This document shows positions 1 through 12,800 of a DNA stretch of 64,000 bases, piece after piece. The stretch's first letter is position 1. The number at the start of each line of letters is the position of its first letter. The notes beneath the pieces are model-generated. The model saw only the letters and a list, made by a program, of their open reading frames with translations. It did not search any database and had not been told where the DNA came from. The stretch spans positions 9,792,587 through 9,856,586 of the forward strand of contig CM120648.1 of assembly GCA_051362555.1 (NCBI GenBank), in the 5' to 3' direction. The translations under genes were made by a program, and so were the position numbers. This DNA comes from Lingula anatina (lineage: Eukaryota > Animalia > Brachiopoda).

Positions 1-184
1 AAAAATCCACTAATTTTCTCTCACTGAACTACATTCATCTATAACAGTCGGTTATTGGCCTATTTAGTGGTTTCTGCCCTTCTGTCAAATGATGTCTCGA
101 AATGCATCTAACTCATTGGCTAAGGTGGATGCAACGCTGCTGGTGGGTTGTGACATAAATTATACCAAGGGGTCGTGAGCGGAA

Positions 185-191
185 TATATAA
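185..191 (+). promoter_or_regulatory. Candidate TATA box of SMB gene copy 1 (TATAAAA at 9829 in copy 2)
   Basis: TATATAA ~55 bp upstream of the ATG, at the same position in both paralogs. A reverse CCAAT (attgg) lies at ~115. Confidence 0.35.
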
Positions 192-239
192 TTCAACGAA
201 CGCTACTCTTTGTCACACATTTCTTTATTCGGAAACACG

Positions 240-3200
240 ATGATCATCCGCATTACTTTATGCATACTGGCCTTTGTACAACCGACAGCTGTGCTGCTTA
301 TGATTCTAGAAAATGGTCACACCGCTGGATCCACACAAGAGTCACCCAATTTAGAGATCTGGCCGCTTGCAAGAACCACTAGGGAAACACCCTTTTCTGG
401 AAGTGGAGTGCCAAAAGAGACAACGAAGTCTCCCACGAATGAGGGCGGGATGCACGAGGGAATCATGCAGGAATCGGCCACTACTGAGGGTGAAATGCAC
501 GAGGAAATCACGCAGGAATCGCTCACTACTGAGAGTGAAATGCACGAGGGAATCACGCAGGAATCGGCCACTACTGAGAGTGAAATGCACGAGGAAATCA
601 CGCAGGAATCGGCCACTACTGAGGGTGAAATGCACGAGGAAATCACGCAGGAAATGGCCACTACCGAGAATGAAATGCACGAGGGAATCACGCAGGAATC
701 GGCCACTACTGATCATGAGAGTGAAATGAACGAGGGAATCACACAAGAATCGGCCACTACTGAGGGTAGAAAGCACGGGGGAATCACGCTGGGGCCGTTC
801 AATCAAGAGGATATCCTACTTGAAAGTTGGAACAACGGCAGTAAATCCTCAGAATCAGCGAAGAGGTCCTCTTCTTACTCTGACGAAAGTCTGCCTGCGA
901 ACAAATGGCTATGTGTAATTCAGGGAATGCGTGTAAGCAGCATCAAGGTCTACTGCAACTGCGACCCTCAGTGCGTCCTGTATGGCGACTGCTGTTATGG
1001 ACTGACTGAAAATATGACGGTGTGCGCCGCCTCTGTCAGATTAACAAAGGCAAAAAATACATTGCAACTTGTAGCAACTCCTGCATGTAATATAACAGAA
1101 ACTCCCAGTAGTAACACCACTTCTACTGCATCTTCTAACAAAACGTGCTCTTGGACAAGGCAGAAAAAACAAGTCGATCCTACGGTTATTTCCCTCGTAC
1201 ATAAAAGCTCTTGTAGAAGAAGCCCAGCATTACATCGACAAAACCAACAAACCATCTTACCCCATTTGGACACTTTTGGACTGAGTTTTTGGATGGTTGA
1301 CGAATGCCCGTCATCTTGGAAAGAAGAGGAAAGTCGCATCAAGTGTACTGATACTTCAAATGCCAGTCTCTCAGAGGACGCCATCTTGCACCGGCCAGTC
1401 ACCGACCCAGCTACAGAGATCACCTTCAGAAACAAGTACTGTGCAGCGTGTAATGGTATCGCAAACGGCTGGGACCCGTGGGAACTTGTCGTCTTCTGCC
1501 TGGGGGAAGACGCTGGGCATTTTGCTAATTGCAGGTCCTCATCTTGTGTTATAAAAAAACTGGAAGCTGCTGGTTGCAGTGGTATGTTTGAGCCCAAACA
1601 GGAGTGGAAGGTGAAGACTTGCTTCCGGGATGTTGAGAACCATGCGTTTGGTCCTTGTCGGTTCAGATATACCAATGGAAGTCCATATCGTTTGCCTCGT
1701 CCACTCCCTCTGCACTCAGCCTTACGAGATGCCTGTATGGCGTACAACAACCCTGTTGTCATAAGTGGCTTGGATCAAAGTTACAAGAACGTTCACTGTC
1801 TACTTTGTTATGTAGGTCCAGTTAAAGTCTGCGAAGGTAAGTGGTGCGTTTTGCTGTTCCTTTTTCTAAATTTATCTTTTGAATAGTATAGGTGATTCAT
1901 TTCCGTTCTCCTGTAGTAGCAAGCAAAACTGGATAGGGGTAATTTTCCAAAAGTATATTTACTGCCGAGCATCGCTTAAAGATCTACGTAGAGCTACGTA
2001 GGTTTCATTGGGATGGAATGAGCTCTAAGACGTTAAGGATGCTATTCCATTTTATCGAGTGTGAAATATATATGTCTCAATTGTTTCTAAGTAATTACCT
2101 CATACCTTGCCCGTGACTTGAAGATTTAGACTGGAACCTTTTTTCCTTTCAATGTGACGGGTTAGCCAGCCAATATGAGCAATCAAATTGACGCCTTTTC
2201 TCTTGTGACCTTGACCGTTACTACCATAAGAAAGCTAGAAGAGCACGAGTCAGTACTACTAAGCAACCCAGTAACTCCCATCAAAATGTCAAGGTCAAAT
2301 TTGCCTTATTACCGGCAATATATGTCTTCCTATTGTTTAGGAGTTATAAATTGTTCTGAAAAGACAGAGTTATGCCTTTTACTGACGCCTTATGAAAGAT
2401 TGGCACATTTAGTGCGGTTAGCGGTCATCAGTGTAATTATTTTAGACCTTGTAAAACAAAACTTTTATACATAAATTACACTTGCAAATATGGAAAAAAG
2501 TTTGACACTGTATTGAGGAACACATTATAGAATATACTTGGTAATTTCTATCACAAGAGGAAAGTTTTACTAGTAGGCTATCATTACACAACCGTATTCT
2601 GATTTAACTGAGCGACCGGGCTCACAATCGAGTCTTGGAGCATTGGATGATAGTTTTGGCTTTAAGCCCGAACAATCCTAGTATTTTAAAACTATAACTA
2701 TGAGACTATAGCAGCAACGTGTAGCTTACAATGTCCACCATATTAAAAAAAAAAAACACTGGTACTAATTTACTGTTCAATGTTATATTCAGATCAGAGC
2801 TCCGCATCGTCGCATTCGAAATTCGGTGGCTTATCTTTCCGCTCTCTGTTGCACGTCGGAGATCAAGACAGAAAACAAATGAACGACCTGATGGATTTGG
2901 TGAGAAAGCAAATTACGATAAAGTTATAACGATGATGATATTTAAAATTGCAAATAATCAAACAGCTTAGGGACCTAGGGACTGTTACTCTACTAATTCT
3001 TTCCCGAGTTTATGTTAACATTTTAATACCATTAGTGTCAGCAGTCCTGTGTTGGTTTTATGGTCTTAGACTGACGTTATTCGTAAATACATGAGCTTTA
3101 GCTCGACTGTTGCTACGTAATACATTTGTTATTGAATATGATACATGTACCACACATCCACACACGTTCTCTTTTTCTCCAGGCTATAAATCAGGAGCTT

Positions 3201-3752
3201 TGTCCCCTGGGGTATATTCCAGATGACCAGGGCTGCCGCCCTATTCTGTATAATTTCACGGTATTAAAGTCAATAGTTTACTTGAATTTTGAACCCTGCG
3301 GCTGGATTCCAACAGCGGGGGATAGTTGTAGTGATATAGACCTTAATTATCGAATAATAGAGGTATTGCGAGCCGTGAATGCGCGTATTGTTTCCTGTAG
3401 TCCGAAACACAGCGGGGAGAACTCGTCCGTCACTTTTCTCGTTCAAACATTGCTCGTCCTTTACGCGAGCCTTGCAAACCACGAGGAAGGTCTTAAGGTT
3501 TTCGACCAAGTACAAGCATGGATGGAAAATGCTCTGCGAAATGTGCAGTTGGATATTCCCGGTGGACCCATAGGAATACGTGCAGCGTCGTTCTCTGCCT
3601 GCTCGCCGAACGCCATGAAAGACGGCTCCGCGACGCCATTTTATGGTGCGACCACGATCTCAACCCCAAAGCACAACCGAGGAAACATTCAAGCCGGTAG
3701 CAAAGGACTTTTGATGCTAATGGCGATGGCGGTAGCCGCGTGGGATTTCTAG
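240..3752 (+). CDS. Secreted, likely GPI-anchored mucin-like/somatomedin-B + Cys-rich protein, copy 1 (exons 240-1836, 2793-2899, 3183-3752)
   Basis: ATG 240 starts a hydrophobic signal peptide (MIIRITLCILAFVQPTAVLL). It is followed by 15-aa acidic repeats, an SMB-like CNCDPQCVLYGDCC, and a CP..C..PVTD..TFRNKYCAACN domain. Splice chain: donor GTAAGT 1837 (phase 1) to exon 2793-2899 (DQSSASSHSKFGGLSFRSLL..MDL), donor GTGAGA (phase 0) to acceptor ttctccAG 3182. Phases are consistent. The protein ends in a hydrophobic tail GSKGLLMLMAMAVAAWDF*. Confidence 0.8.
441..790 (+). repeat. Coding 45-bp minisatellite, 7 full units + 1 partial (EGEMHEGITQESATT)
   Basis: Repeated gagggtgaaatgcacgaggaaatcacgcaggaatcggccactact. 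Confidence 0.95.
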
Positions 3753-4826
3753 GTACGAAAAAAGAAGCCCATTAAAGGAAAAATGCAGGATTGGGCATTG
3801 CTTTGGCTATGTGAAAAAATACATGGATATTTAAATATTAGTTATTGTAATTTTACATTTTTTGTTTAGTTAGATAATAACGTTTTTATTATCTGTTTTT
3901 TTTGTCCAGAATTTTGACATTTGAAAGCCACCTATTTTGCAATTCGTCGCAGGGACGACGTGTGGGGAGGCGTGTGAGAGGCGGAGAGACTATCAAAAGA
4001 TTAGGCGGTTTTTCTTTCATGTACGTCCGCCATATTTAGTGGATTTGTAAAGCCATGGCTCAACTCGTTGTGAATGCGATCTAAGTTTTCTTTAGGCAAT
4101 CATCACATTTTTGAAGCAATGGTTATATCTGTATCTTTCGAAATGTTCCATAATTGAGCATGTGAGCACTGTGTGTCTATTAATAACATACATGTAGCGT
4201 AAAATTGATCCTTGCGAACGGATTATAAATTCCAGAGTGTTAACTATTGAAGCGAATAAATATGTTGTAGTATAACTTTAGAATTGGACATTTTAAGCAT
4301 GTTCTTAGTACTGATGCCGAGGATTAGCCAAAAGCAAGACAATAATTTCGCATTAAACGGTTTTTATATTATATTATATTATATATATATTATATTATAT
4401 TATATAATGGTGCTCATTAACCCTATCAATACATCTATCATATACAATCGATGTTCATGTATACCTATCCTTGTATTTCACCAATAATAATATTGTTAAC
4501 CTGTAGTAACTTTACTTCGTTTCAGTGTTATGAATAAAGAAAACATTAATTATCCTTTCTCTGTTGATATTCATTTGATTTTATTTCTATTTCAACTTAA
4601 ACATGTATGAAAACAAAAAAAAAAAAAAAAAAAAAACCTATTTAACCAGCACAAAACTTTGAGAATAATGAAACGAAATGCGCTGAGAACGTCCACAAAA
4701 TGAAGAAGCACACAAGTACTTTTTGAAAAAAAGAAAAGAAAGCATTTATGAAAATACTTTTTAAGAATACGTTATTTTACAGATTTAAGTTATTATCACG
4801 TTTAATAGAACCTATAATAAATTATA

Positions 4827-6542
4827 CTAATTTGTTAAAAAATATCAGAACTGCTGGTCAATCCTGTCCAAAACCCGGCCCAGTTTGAAGAGATACACAA
4901 TTACCAGGCCTACCCAACTACCAGACTCGGCACCTAAGGGTCCTGAATTAACCGGTATATCGGACCACGCTACCCGTTTTCAAGGTGTGTGTCAGATCGC
5001 ATTTCGGAGTATCATACACCAGAACAAATTTTGTAGCACGACTGCGGGCTCATCCACACTCGGCTGAACAACCTCAAACTGTACTCTTACTTTAGAGTAC
5101 TCTATTTTATTGTCTCTATGGGGATATATGGGGACTTAACGACATTCGGTTTGAATGTTTTAACCACTTTTGATAGGGCTTTTTTGCATTGTATTAGATT
5201 AATGTGGCAGTCTAAGGTTCATCTAGGTGGCTTTCAAAATTATGCACCCGGTTTTAAAATCATATAGCGATTTTACGACAATCGTTTACTATCCAATCAA
5301 GGTGACAGCCGAGCATGTCAGGGCTCATCCTGTCGGTGTTCTGGCTGATACTCCGAATTGCGATCTGACACACACCTTGAAAACGGGTAGTGTGATCCGA
5401 TATACCGGTTAATTCAGGATCCTTAGGTGCCGAGTCTGGCAGTTGGGTAGGCCTGATTACGTTACCATTCCGTGTTTCCGCTTTATTATAAATTCTCCAA
5501 TACGACTGATTCAACATATTGCACATGGACCAAAAGATGAGGTGAGCGATTCCCTGGGGCAGAAGGTTACCTGCGCCATCTGACGGAAGTATTTCTACAA
5601 CGCTGACGTCGCTTGAGGCAAAATTTAGATTATACAGGGCGCCTCCGTGAACACTAATCATTAGGCGAGCACGCCCAAAAACGCTCACAGATGTTGTGAG
5701 GTTGTACTTTCCCGGGTAGACTATAATTTTCTCTTTCCCGTATCTTTTTTCTAGAAACGTCTGTACTTCTATCTGATTCAGCATGTTTCTTCCCCCATTA
5801 TGACTCTGTTTTCTGGTTAACAAAATGACATATGCCTCCTCACGAGGTACAGGGAGTTTTTCAGGAGCGTTCATAAGTTTGTGTGCATTTTGCCACAGGG
5901 TCGGGTGTAATGGCGGCGTAATACACGTGTAGATCATCTTCTTTGCTGCGTAAATTTTACCAGCGTGGAAAAGAACCTTATCTTTTCCGATTCCAAGTGC
6001 TCCCAAGATCTCCAACATAATTACATCTCTACTTAAAGGTATCAAGATTTTTACGCCTTTGTTCAGCAATAAATCAAGGGCTTGGACAATCTTGGGTAGA
6101 ATACCGTCTAAGAAATGTTGAAAGGAGTATCCGCCAGGAACCATTAGAGGACAGAGAATGTCAACATGGACAGCAGCAGTCGGGGATAAATTTTGTAACT
6201 TTATTTCATCAAAAGCGCTCTTCCATCCACACTTAGAACGGCTTATAGACTTATTGAAGACGCCATTGTCAATTATCCGTAATACTCCCCTCAGTTGTTC
6301 GGCGCTCTGTTGCATTAGTTCAACGTTGAGAGGCTGTTTCCGGAACTTATTTAAGTCCTCGTCCACACAGTTCGGTTCAGCCATTTTGAATGCGTCATAT
6401 TTAAATGTGAATTCTTTGGGGAATGTTTCAATTGGAATCGGTTTGCTGCGTCCAACTAGAGGTAAACTTATTTCCGTTTGCTGCACGTGGCTTTTGAAAT
6501 CTTGCGGTTCGTTAAATTTCTTCGTGCATTTTTAGAAGACAT
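4827..6542 (-). pseudogene. GT61/DUF563-like glycosyltransferase, copy 1, disabled
   Basis: Paralog of 16778-18277. ATG 6542 (MSSKNA) lies 56 nt from the V/A-QQTE codon versus 393 nt in the intact copy, i.e. a ~337-nt frameshifting deletion removing the TM anchor and stem. A 551-bp MITE interrupts the 3' end at 4905-5455. The original stop survives at 4827-4829. Confidence 0.85.
4905..5455. mobile_element. 551-bp MITE with ~110-bp TIRs and 5-bp TSD ATTAC (hAT5-like)
   Basis: CAGGCCTACCCAACTACCAGACTCGG...CCGAGTCTGGCAGTTGGGTAGGCCTG, flanked by ATTAC at 4900-4904 and 5456-5460. The empty site is visible in the paralog at ~16851. Confidence 0.95.
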
Positions 6543-7726
6543 CTGGTAATTTCTAACTGGAACGCTGGAATGCCAAACGAGTGTTGTTATGGTTAACTGC
6601 TTTCTGGCCTTGAAACGTCCAAAACGCAAAGTCGATCTTCCTGTAAAACAATTCAGGAATTCTAATTCACTATATGGTTTTGGTATTGGTGCCGACTAGC
6701 ATAAATTTGTTCTCATGATGCTTTTATAGTACACCATCATCAAAATGGATTAAAAGTAGGGCGTGGATAGTTTGATATTGATATAACACAACGGCAATGT
6801 TACATTTCCAGGGATAAACCAACTTAAAGCAAAACATCCCTTAACACTTGGTAGTAGTTGAGCTAAAAGGCTCATTAGTTTGGCAGTTAAATCACAAACA
6901 GTAATTATTTGGCACAGCCAGATTTTTTCTTTGGAAATAATGCAAACTAACCAACTTATGCGGACGCCATTTTGTGACAGGTTTGCTCTATGGATTAGTT
7001 AACAGATGAACAGGTTTTACTGAAATTAATATTCACTTTAAACGGTGTACATACCTGTTCTTTTCCAAGGACACTATCTCAAGTCGACTAATCAAGTAGT
7101 TGCTCTTTCTTAGTTCCTTCCCACCTCTCATGGGATTTATCTTGTGATACATGTGTCACTAAGTTATCTTTAAAATATGACGCGAGACTCTGCGAGATGA
7201 GGGACTGCACTCTTCAGATGTTAAGACTTCGCTTGCTTGCTTTTAAGACAGAATTCCAGTCCAACTTCAACTTACAAGTAAGTCTCGTTTAACTTAAACT
7301 TATATTAGTTATACTATTTAAAACTATATGTTGGCATTTGGTTGGCTTTTGTGGAAAAATTGACCTCATATGCATCTATCAAATAAAAAGTTTTTGACAT
7401 ATATTATTGCCATAAAATCAAAAATCAGATAATACTTTGGCAAGTATTTACTACAATTACTTCAATCACTGATACCAGATACCAATGAATGATGAAAAAC
7501 TTTGGTTCTAATGCCTATAAGAAGATTGTCCCTTAGGTTTGTTTCAAGACACATATGAAAGCTGTTATAAAATACGGCCTAAATTGTGTGCTACTTGAGT
7601 ACGCCTGCCATTAATAACGAAAAATATCTTGATCACTGTAACCACATACAAATAATCTTCCAGATAACGTAAGCACTGTGTCATAACTAAAAAGTTTTTA
7701 CCAAAAGCCGGGTTTCGCAAGTTTTT

Positions 7727-7766
<40 letters not shown>

Positions 7767-8350
7767 AACACAAGCTGAAAATCTTTCATACCGTTAGCTT
7801 ACGGACAATCTGGACGTAGTCCTTCATTGGACTGATGTGAGACGATGTTGACACGAGGTATAGCGACCAGGACCCTCTTATAAAGGTCAGATAGATAGAC
7901 GCCACCGTTATGTTTGATAATTTTCATTTATTATCTAACTGCCAAGGTAATGAACATTTTGCTAAAAAAAAAGATTTATCAGTAGTGAGTTACTGGTTAT
8001 ATCTTGATAGCAATCGTGAGCTCTTCCCATCTTTGAAAAGAACTGAATGAAATATTAAAAGTGCAACTGGCCACTTGGTTTGCTCAGAGATCCCTTCTTT
8101 CAGATTTTTGAGCCACATCTCTCATCTCTCATATGCAGTCCTCATTGATGGTAATTGCTGTGTGCGACCACTAGCCTCGGTTTTGTCAGCACGAACGCCG
8201 AATTACTTAAGAACCACAATTTCACAATTTCATGGCACGAACTTTAAATTAGTGACCACGAACAACGTATCAAATTGTTTGTACGAACTCTATCAAGCAC
8301 GCAGTGGTTTACCAAGTGTATTTGACAGCGTTGTTATTATATGTGTTTAA

Positions 8351-8430
8351 GTCATAATAACTCTTCGTTTTGGCCAAAAATTGGCTTTTCCTGGAGTAAA
8401 CGGCAATTTTCCCATACTTACCAATGGTCA
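8351..8430 (+). mobile_element. Fragment related to the left end of the Kolobok-like MITE at 15537
   Basis: ataataactcttcgttttggccaaaaa..ttttcctggagtaaac..caattttcccatact matches 15541-15610 and is preceded by TTAA. Confidence 0.6.
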
Positions 8431-8932
8431 ACGATCCCTACTTAAAACTGCGGGAAAAGCAGACAGCATTAAATGTGTTAACACAAATTTTTGTCTATTT
8501 GTGGTAAATAATTAGCTCATTTATCTATTTGATTAAAGGCATTAAACCGAGAAAAACAAGTTTATTTATCTGAAATATAAAATAAATCATCTGAACATGA
8601 CACAGGGTTATTTAAGGTATATTGTCCTTTTCTTGGCAAATACTTTCAGGAGTGTTGCCTGCACCTGGTACTAAAATTAGTCCATATTGTATTACCGCAG
8701 AAATTATATCAAACCCAATTTAAGTTACGGAGGAAACAGGAGTCAATTTATAAGCATCTTTGCAGACATAACACCTATTCTAAAGTAACGCTCTTTATAG
8801 ATCCTCTGCAGCCACATTTCTTCTTAGAACCTGTCAAGTTCACAGTTCCATCTGAAATGAGCATACATGTGAATCTATTTAAAATCCATCTGGCAAATAT
8901 GCCATTTTTATCTGTTTATTTATTTATTTATT

Positions 8933-8980
<48 letters not shown>

Positions 8981-9883
8981 ACAAAATTAGGTGAAGATAT
9001 TTCGCTGAATTAATTGGTTTTGTTGGGGTTCTGAGGGCTGCATGGAATTAAATAGCGACATTCATGCAATTTCATAACATCGTCGGTTGGTGTTTAGCTC
9101 AGTGCGTATGTGCATTGGTAAAGCATTTCCAGTGGTGTCCCAATTACGGACACCGCCATCCTCTGGTTAATCAATAACGTAATGGCCAACATTAAATTAA
9201 TTATCATTTCCAACCGCCTCTCCGAAATGGAAAACTCGAAATAAGAAACCGATTATACACCTACTGTTATTTTGGGCAGAAACCACCAAATAATTTCCCA
9301 TTGACGACCATTTTAAGAAATGCCTGCAAAACTGCATGAACAAAATTACTGGGTGAAACTTTTCCCATCCCCATGGACAGCAGACACACTGACATAACTC
9401 CCAATGGCACAAAAATATACTGTCATCAGACATTATTTCTTACCGGCATTACTTGAACATGTGCACCCCTCTGGTTGTAAACAAACCACTGCACCACTCA
9501 CAGTCAGTAGCCCCCTCCGCCAAAGGTCTCACGACTGCACCGCACCTGTTCCTGGCCCTGAAACAAAAACTGGCAGTAGTTTACACCCTAGCCTGCTAGT
9601 TGATACCAACATTAACCCTAGCAACACACAGGAAATGCCAGGAAAAAAGGAAAAAACACACTAATATTCTCTCACTGAACTACATTCGGTTATTGGCCTA
9701 CCTGTAGTTAGTGGTTTCTGCCCTTCTGTCAAATGATGTCTCGAAATGCATCTAACTCATTGGCTAAGATGGATGCAACGCTGCTGGTGGGTTGTGACAT
9801 AATTTCTACCAAGGGGCCGTTAGCAGAATATAAAATTCAACGAACGCTGCTCTTTGTCACACATTTGTTTATTCGTAAACACG

Positions 9884-12800
9884 ATGATCATCCGCATTAC
9901 TTTATGCATACTGGCCCTTTTACACCCGACGGCTGTGCTGCTCATGATTCTAGAAAATGGTCACACCGCTGGATCCACACAAGAGTCATCCAATTTGGAG
10001 ATCTTGCCACTTGCGAGATCTACTCGGGAAACACCCTTTTCTGGAAGTGGAGTGCCAGAAGAGACAACGATGTCTCCCACGAATGAGGGCGGGATGCACG
10101 ATGGAATAACGCAGGAATCGGCCACTACTGAGGGTGGAATGCACGAGGGCATCACGCAGGAATCGGCCACTACTGAGAGTGAAATGCACGAGGGAATCAC
10201 GCAGAAATCGGCCACTACTGAGGGTGAAATGCACGAGGAAATCACGCAGGAATCGGCCACTACTGAGGGTGAAATGCACGAGGAAATCACGCAGAAATCG
10301 GCCACTACTGAGGATGAAATGCACGAGGGAATCACGCAGGAATTGGCCACTACTGAGGGTGAAATGCACGAGGAAATCACGCAGAAATCGGCCACTACTG
10401 AGGGCGAAATGCACGGGGGAATCACGCAGGAATTGGCCACTACTGAGGGTGAAATGCACGAGGGAATCACGCAGGAATTGGCCACTACTGAGGGTGAAAT
10501 GCACGAGGAAATCAAGCAGAAATCGGCCACTACTAAGGGTGAAATGCACGAGGGCATCACGCAGGCATCGGCCACATCTGAGGGTGAAATGCACGAGGGA
10601 ATCACGCAGGAATCGCCCACTACTGATCATAAGAGTGAAATGCACGAGGGGATCACACAAGAATCGGTCACTACTGAGGGTAGAAAGCACGGGGGAATCA
10701 CGCTGGAGCCGTTAAATCAAGAGGATATCCTACCTGAAAGATCGAACAACAGCAGTAAATCCTCAGAATCAGCGAATAGGTCGTCTTCTTTCTCTGACGA
10801 GAGTCTGCCTGTGAACAAATGGCTATGTGTACTTCAGGGAAAACGTGTAAACATCATCAAGGTCCTCTGCAACTGCGACCCTCTGTGCGTCTTGTATGGC
10901 GACTGCTGTTATGGACTGACTGAAAATACGACAGTGTGCGCCGCCTCTGTCAGATTAACAAAGGCGAAAAGTACCTTGCAACATGTAGCAACTCCTGCAT
11001 GGAATATAACAGAAACTCCCAGTAGTAACACCTCTTCTACTGCATCTTCTAACAAAACATCCTCTCTGACAAGACAGAAAAAACAAGTCGACCCTGCGGC
11101 TATTTTTTTGGCACATAAAAGCTCTTGTAGAAGCCCAACATTACTTCGACAAAACCAACAAACCAGCTTACCCTATGTGGACAATTTTGGACTGAGTTTC
11201 TGGATGGTTGACGAATGCCCGTCATCTTGGAAAGAAGAGGAAAGTCGCATCAAGTGTACTGATACATCAAATGCCAGTCTCTCAGAGGACGCCATCTTGC
11301 ACCGGCCAGTCACCGACCCAGCTACAATGATCACCTTCAGAAACAAGTACTGTGCAGCGTGTAATGGTGTCGCAAACGGCTGGGATCCGTGGGTACTTGT
11401 CGTCTTCTGCCTGGGGGAAGACGCTGGGCATTTTGTTAATTGCAGGTCCTCATCTTGTGTTTTAAGAAAACTGGAAGCTGTCGGTTGCAGTGGTACGTTT
11501 GAGCCCGAACAGGAGTGGAATGTGAAGACGTGCTTCCGGGATGTTGAGAACCATGCGTTTGGTCCTTGTCGGTTCAGATATAACAATGGAAGTCCATATC
11601 GTTTGCCTCGTCCACTCCCTCTGCACTCAGCCTTACGAGATGCCTGTATGGCGTACAACAACCCTGTTGTCATAAGTGGCTTGGATCAAAGTTACAAGAA
11701 CGTTCACTGTCTACTTTGTTATGTAGGTCAAGTTAAAGTCTGCGAAGGTAAGTGGTGCGTTTTGCTGTTCCTTTTTCTAAATTTATCTTCTGAATAGTAT
11801 AGGTGATTCATTCCCGTTCTCCTGTAGTAGCAAGCAAAACTGGATAGGGGTAATTTTCCAAAAGTATATTTACTGCCGAGCATCACTCAAAGATCTACGT
11901 AGAGCTACGTAGGTTTCATTGGGATCGAATGAGCTGTAAGACGTTAAGGATGCTATTCTATTTTAGCGAGTGTGAAATATATATGTCCCAATAGATCCAA
12001 AGTAATTACCTCATACCTTGCCCGTGACTTGAAGATTTAGACTGGAACCTTTTTTCCTTTCAATGTGATGGGTTAGCCAGCCAATCAAATTGACGCCTTC
12101 TCTCTTGTGACCTTGACCGTTACTACCATAGGAAAGCTAGAAGAGCAACCCAGTAACTCCCTTCAAAATGTCAAGGTCAAATTAGCCTTATTACCGGCAA
12201 TATATGTCTTCCTATTGTTTATGAGTTATAAACTGTTCCGAAAGGACAGAGTTATGCCTTTTACTGACGCCTAATGAAAGATTGGCACATTTAGTGTGGT
12301 TAGCGGTCATCAGTGTAATTATTTTAGGCTTTGTTAAACAAAACCTTTATACATAAATTACACTTGCAAATATGGAAAAAAGTTTGACACTATACTGAGG
12401 AACACATTATAGAATATACTTGGTAATTTCTATCTCAAGAAGAAAGTTTTACTAGTAGGTTATCATTACAAAACCATATTCTGATTTAACTGAGCGACCG
12501 GGCTCACAATCGAGTCTTGAAGCATTAGTTGACTCGAGATAGTTTCCCCTTTACGCCCAAACCATCCTAGTATTTTAAAACTATAACTACGTGACTATAG
12601 CAGCAACGTTTAGCTTACAATGTTCGCCCCCCCCCCCCAAAAAAAAAAAAAACTGTAACTAATTTACTGTTCAATGTTATATTCAGATCAGAGCTCCGCA
12701 TCGTCGAATTCGAAATTCGATGGCTTCTCTTTCCGCTCTCTGTTGCACGTCGGAGATCCAGACAGAAAACCAATGAACGACCTCATGGATTTGGTGAGAA

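Noticed and set aside
317-806. Antisense and alternative-frame ORFs over the 45-bp repeat (also 9961-10715, 995-1762, 11173-11673)
   Set aside because: Shadow ORFs of a stop-poor coding repeat or exon, with no independent signals.
1837-1886. Hydrophobic C-terminus KWCVLLFLFLNLSFE of the 558/647-aa ORFs as a membrane anchor
   Set aside because: This is read-through past a consensus GTAAGT donor; phase-compatible downstream exons exist in both copies.
4885-5412. Short ORFs in the MITE (also 21690-21875, 22035-22220)
   Set aside because: Non-autonomous element with no transposase motifs; the ORFs recur only because the element does.
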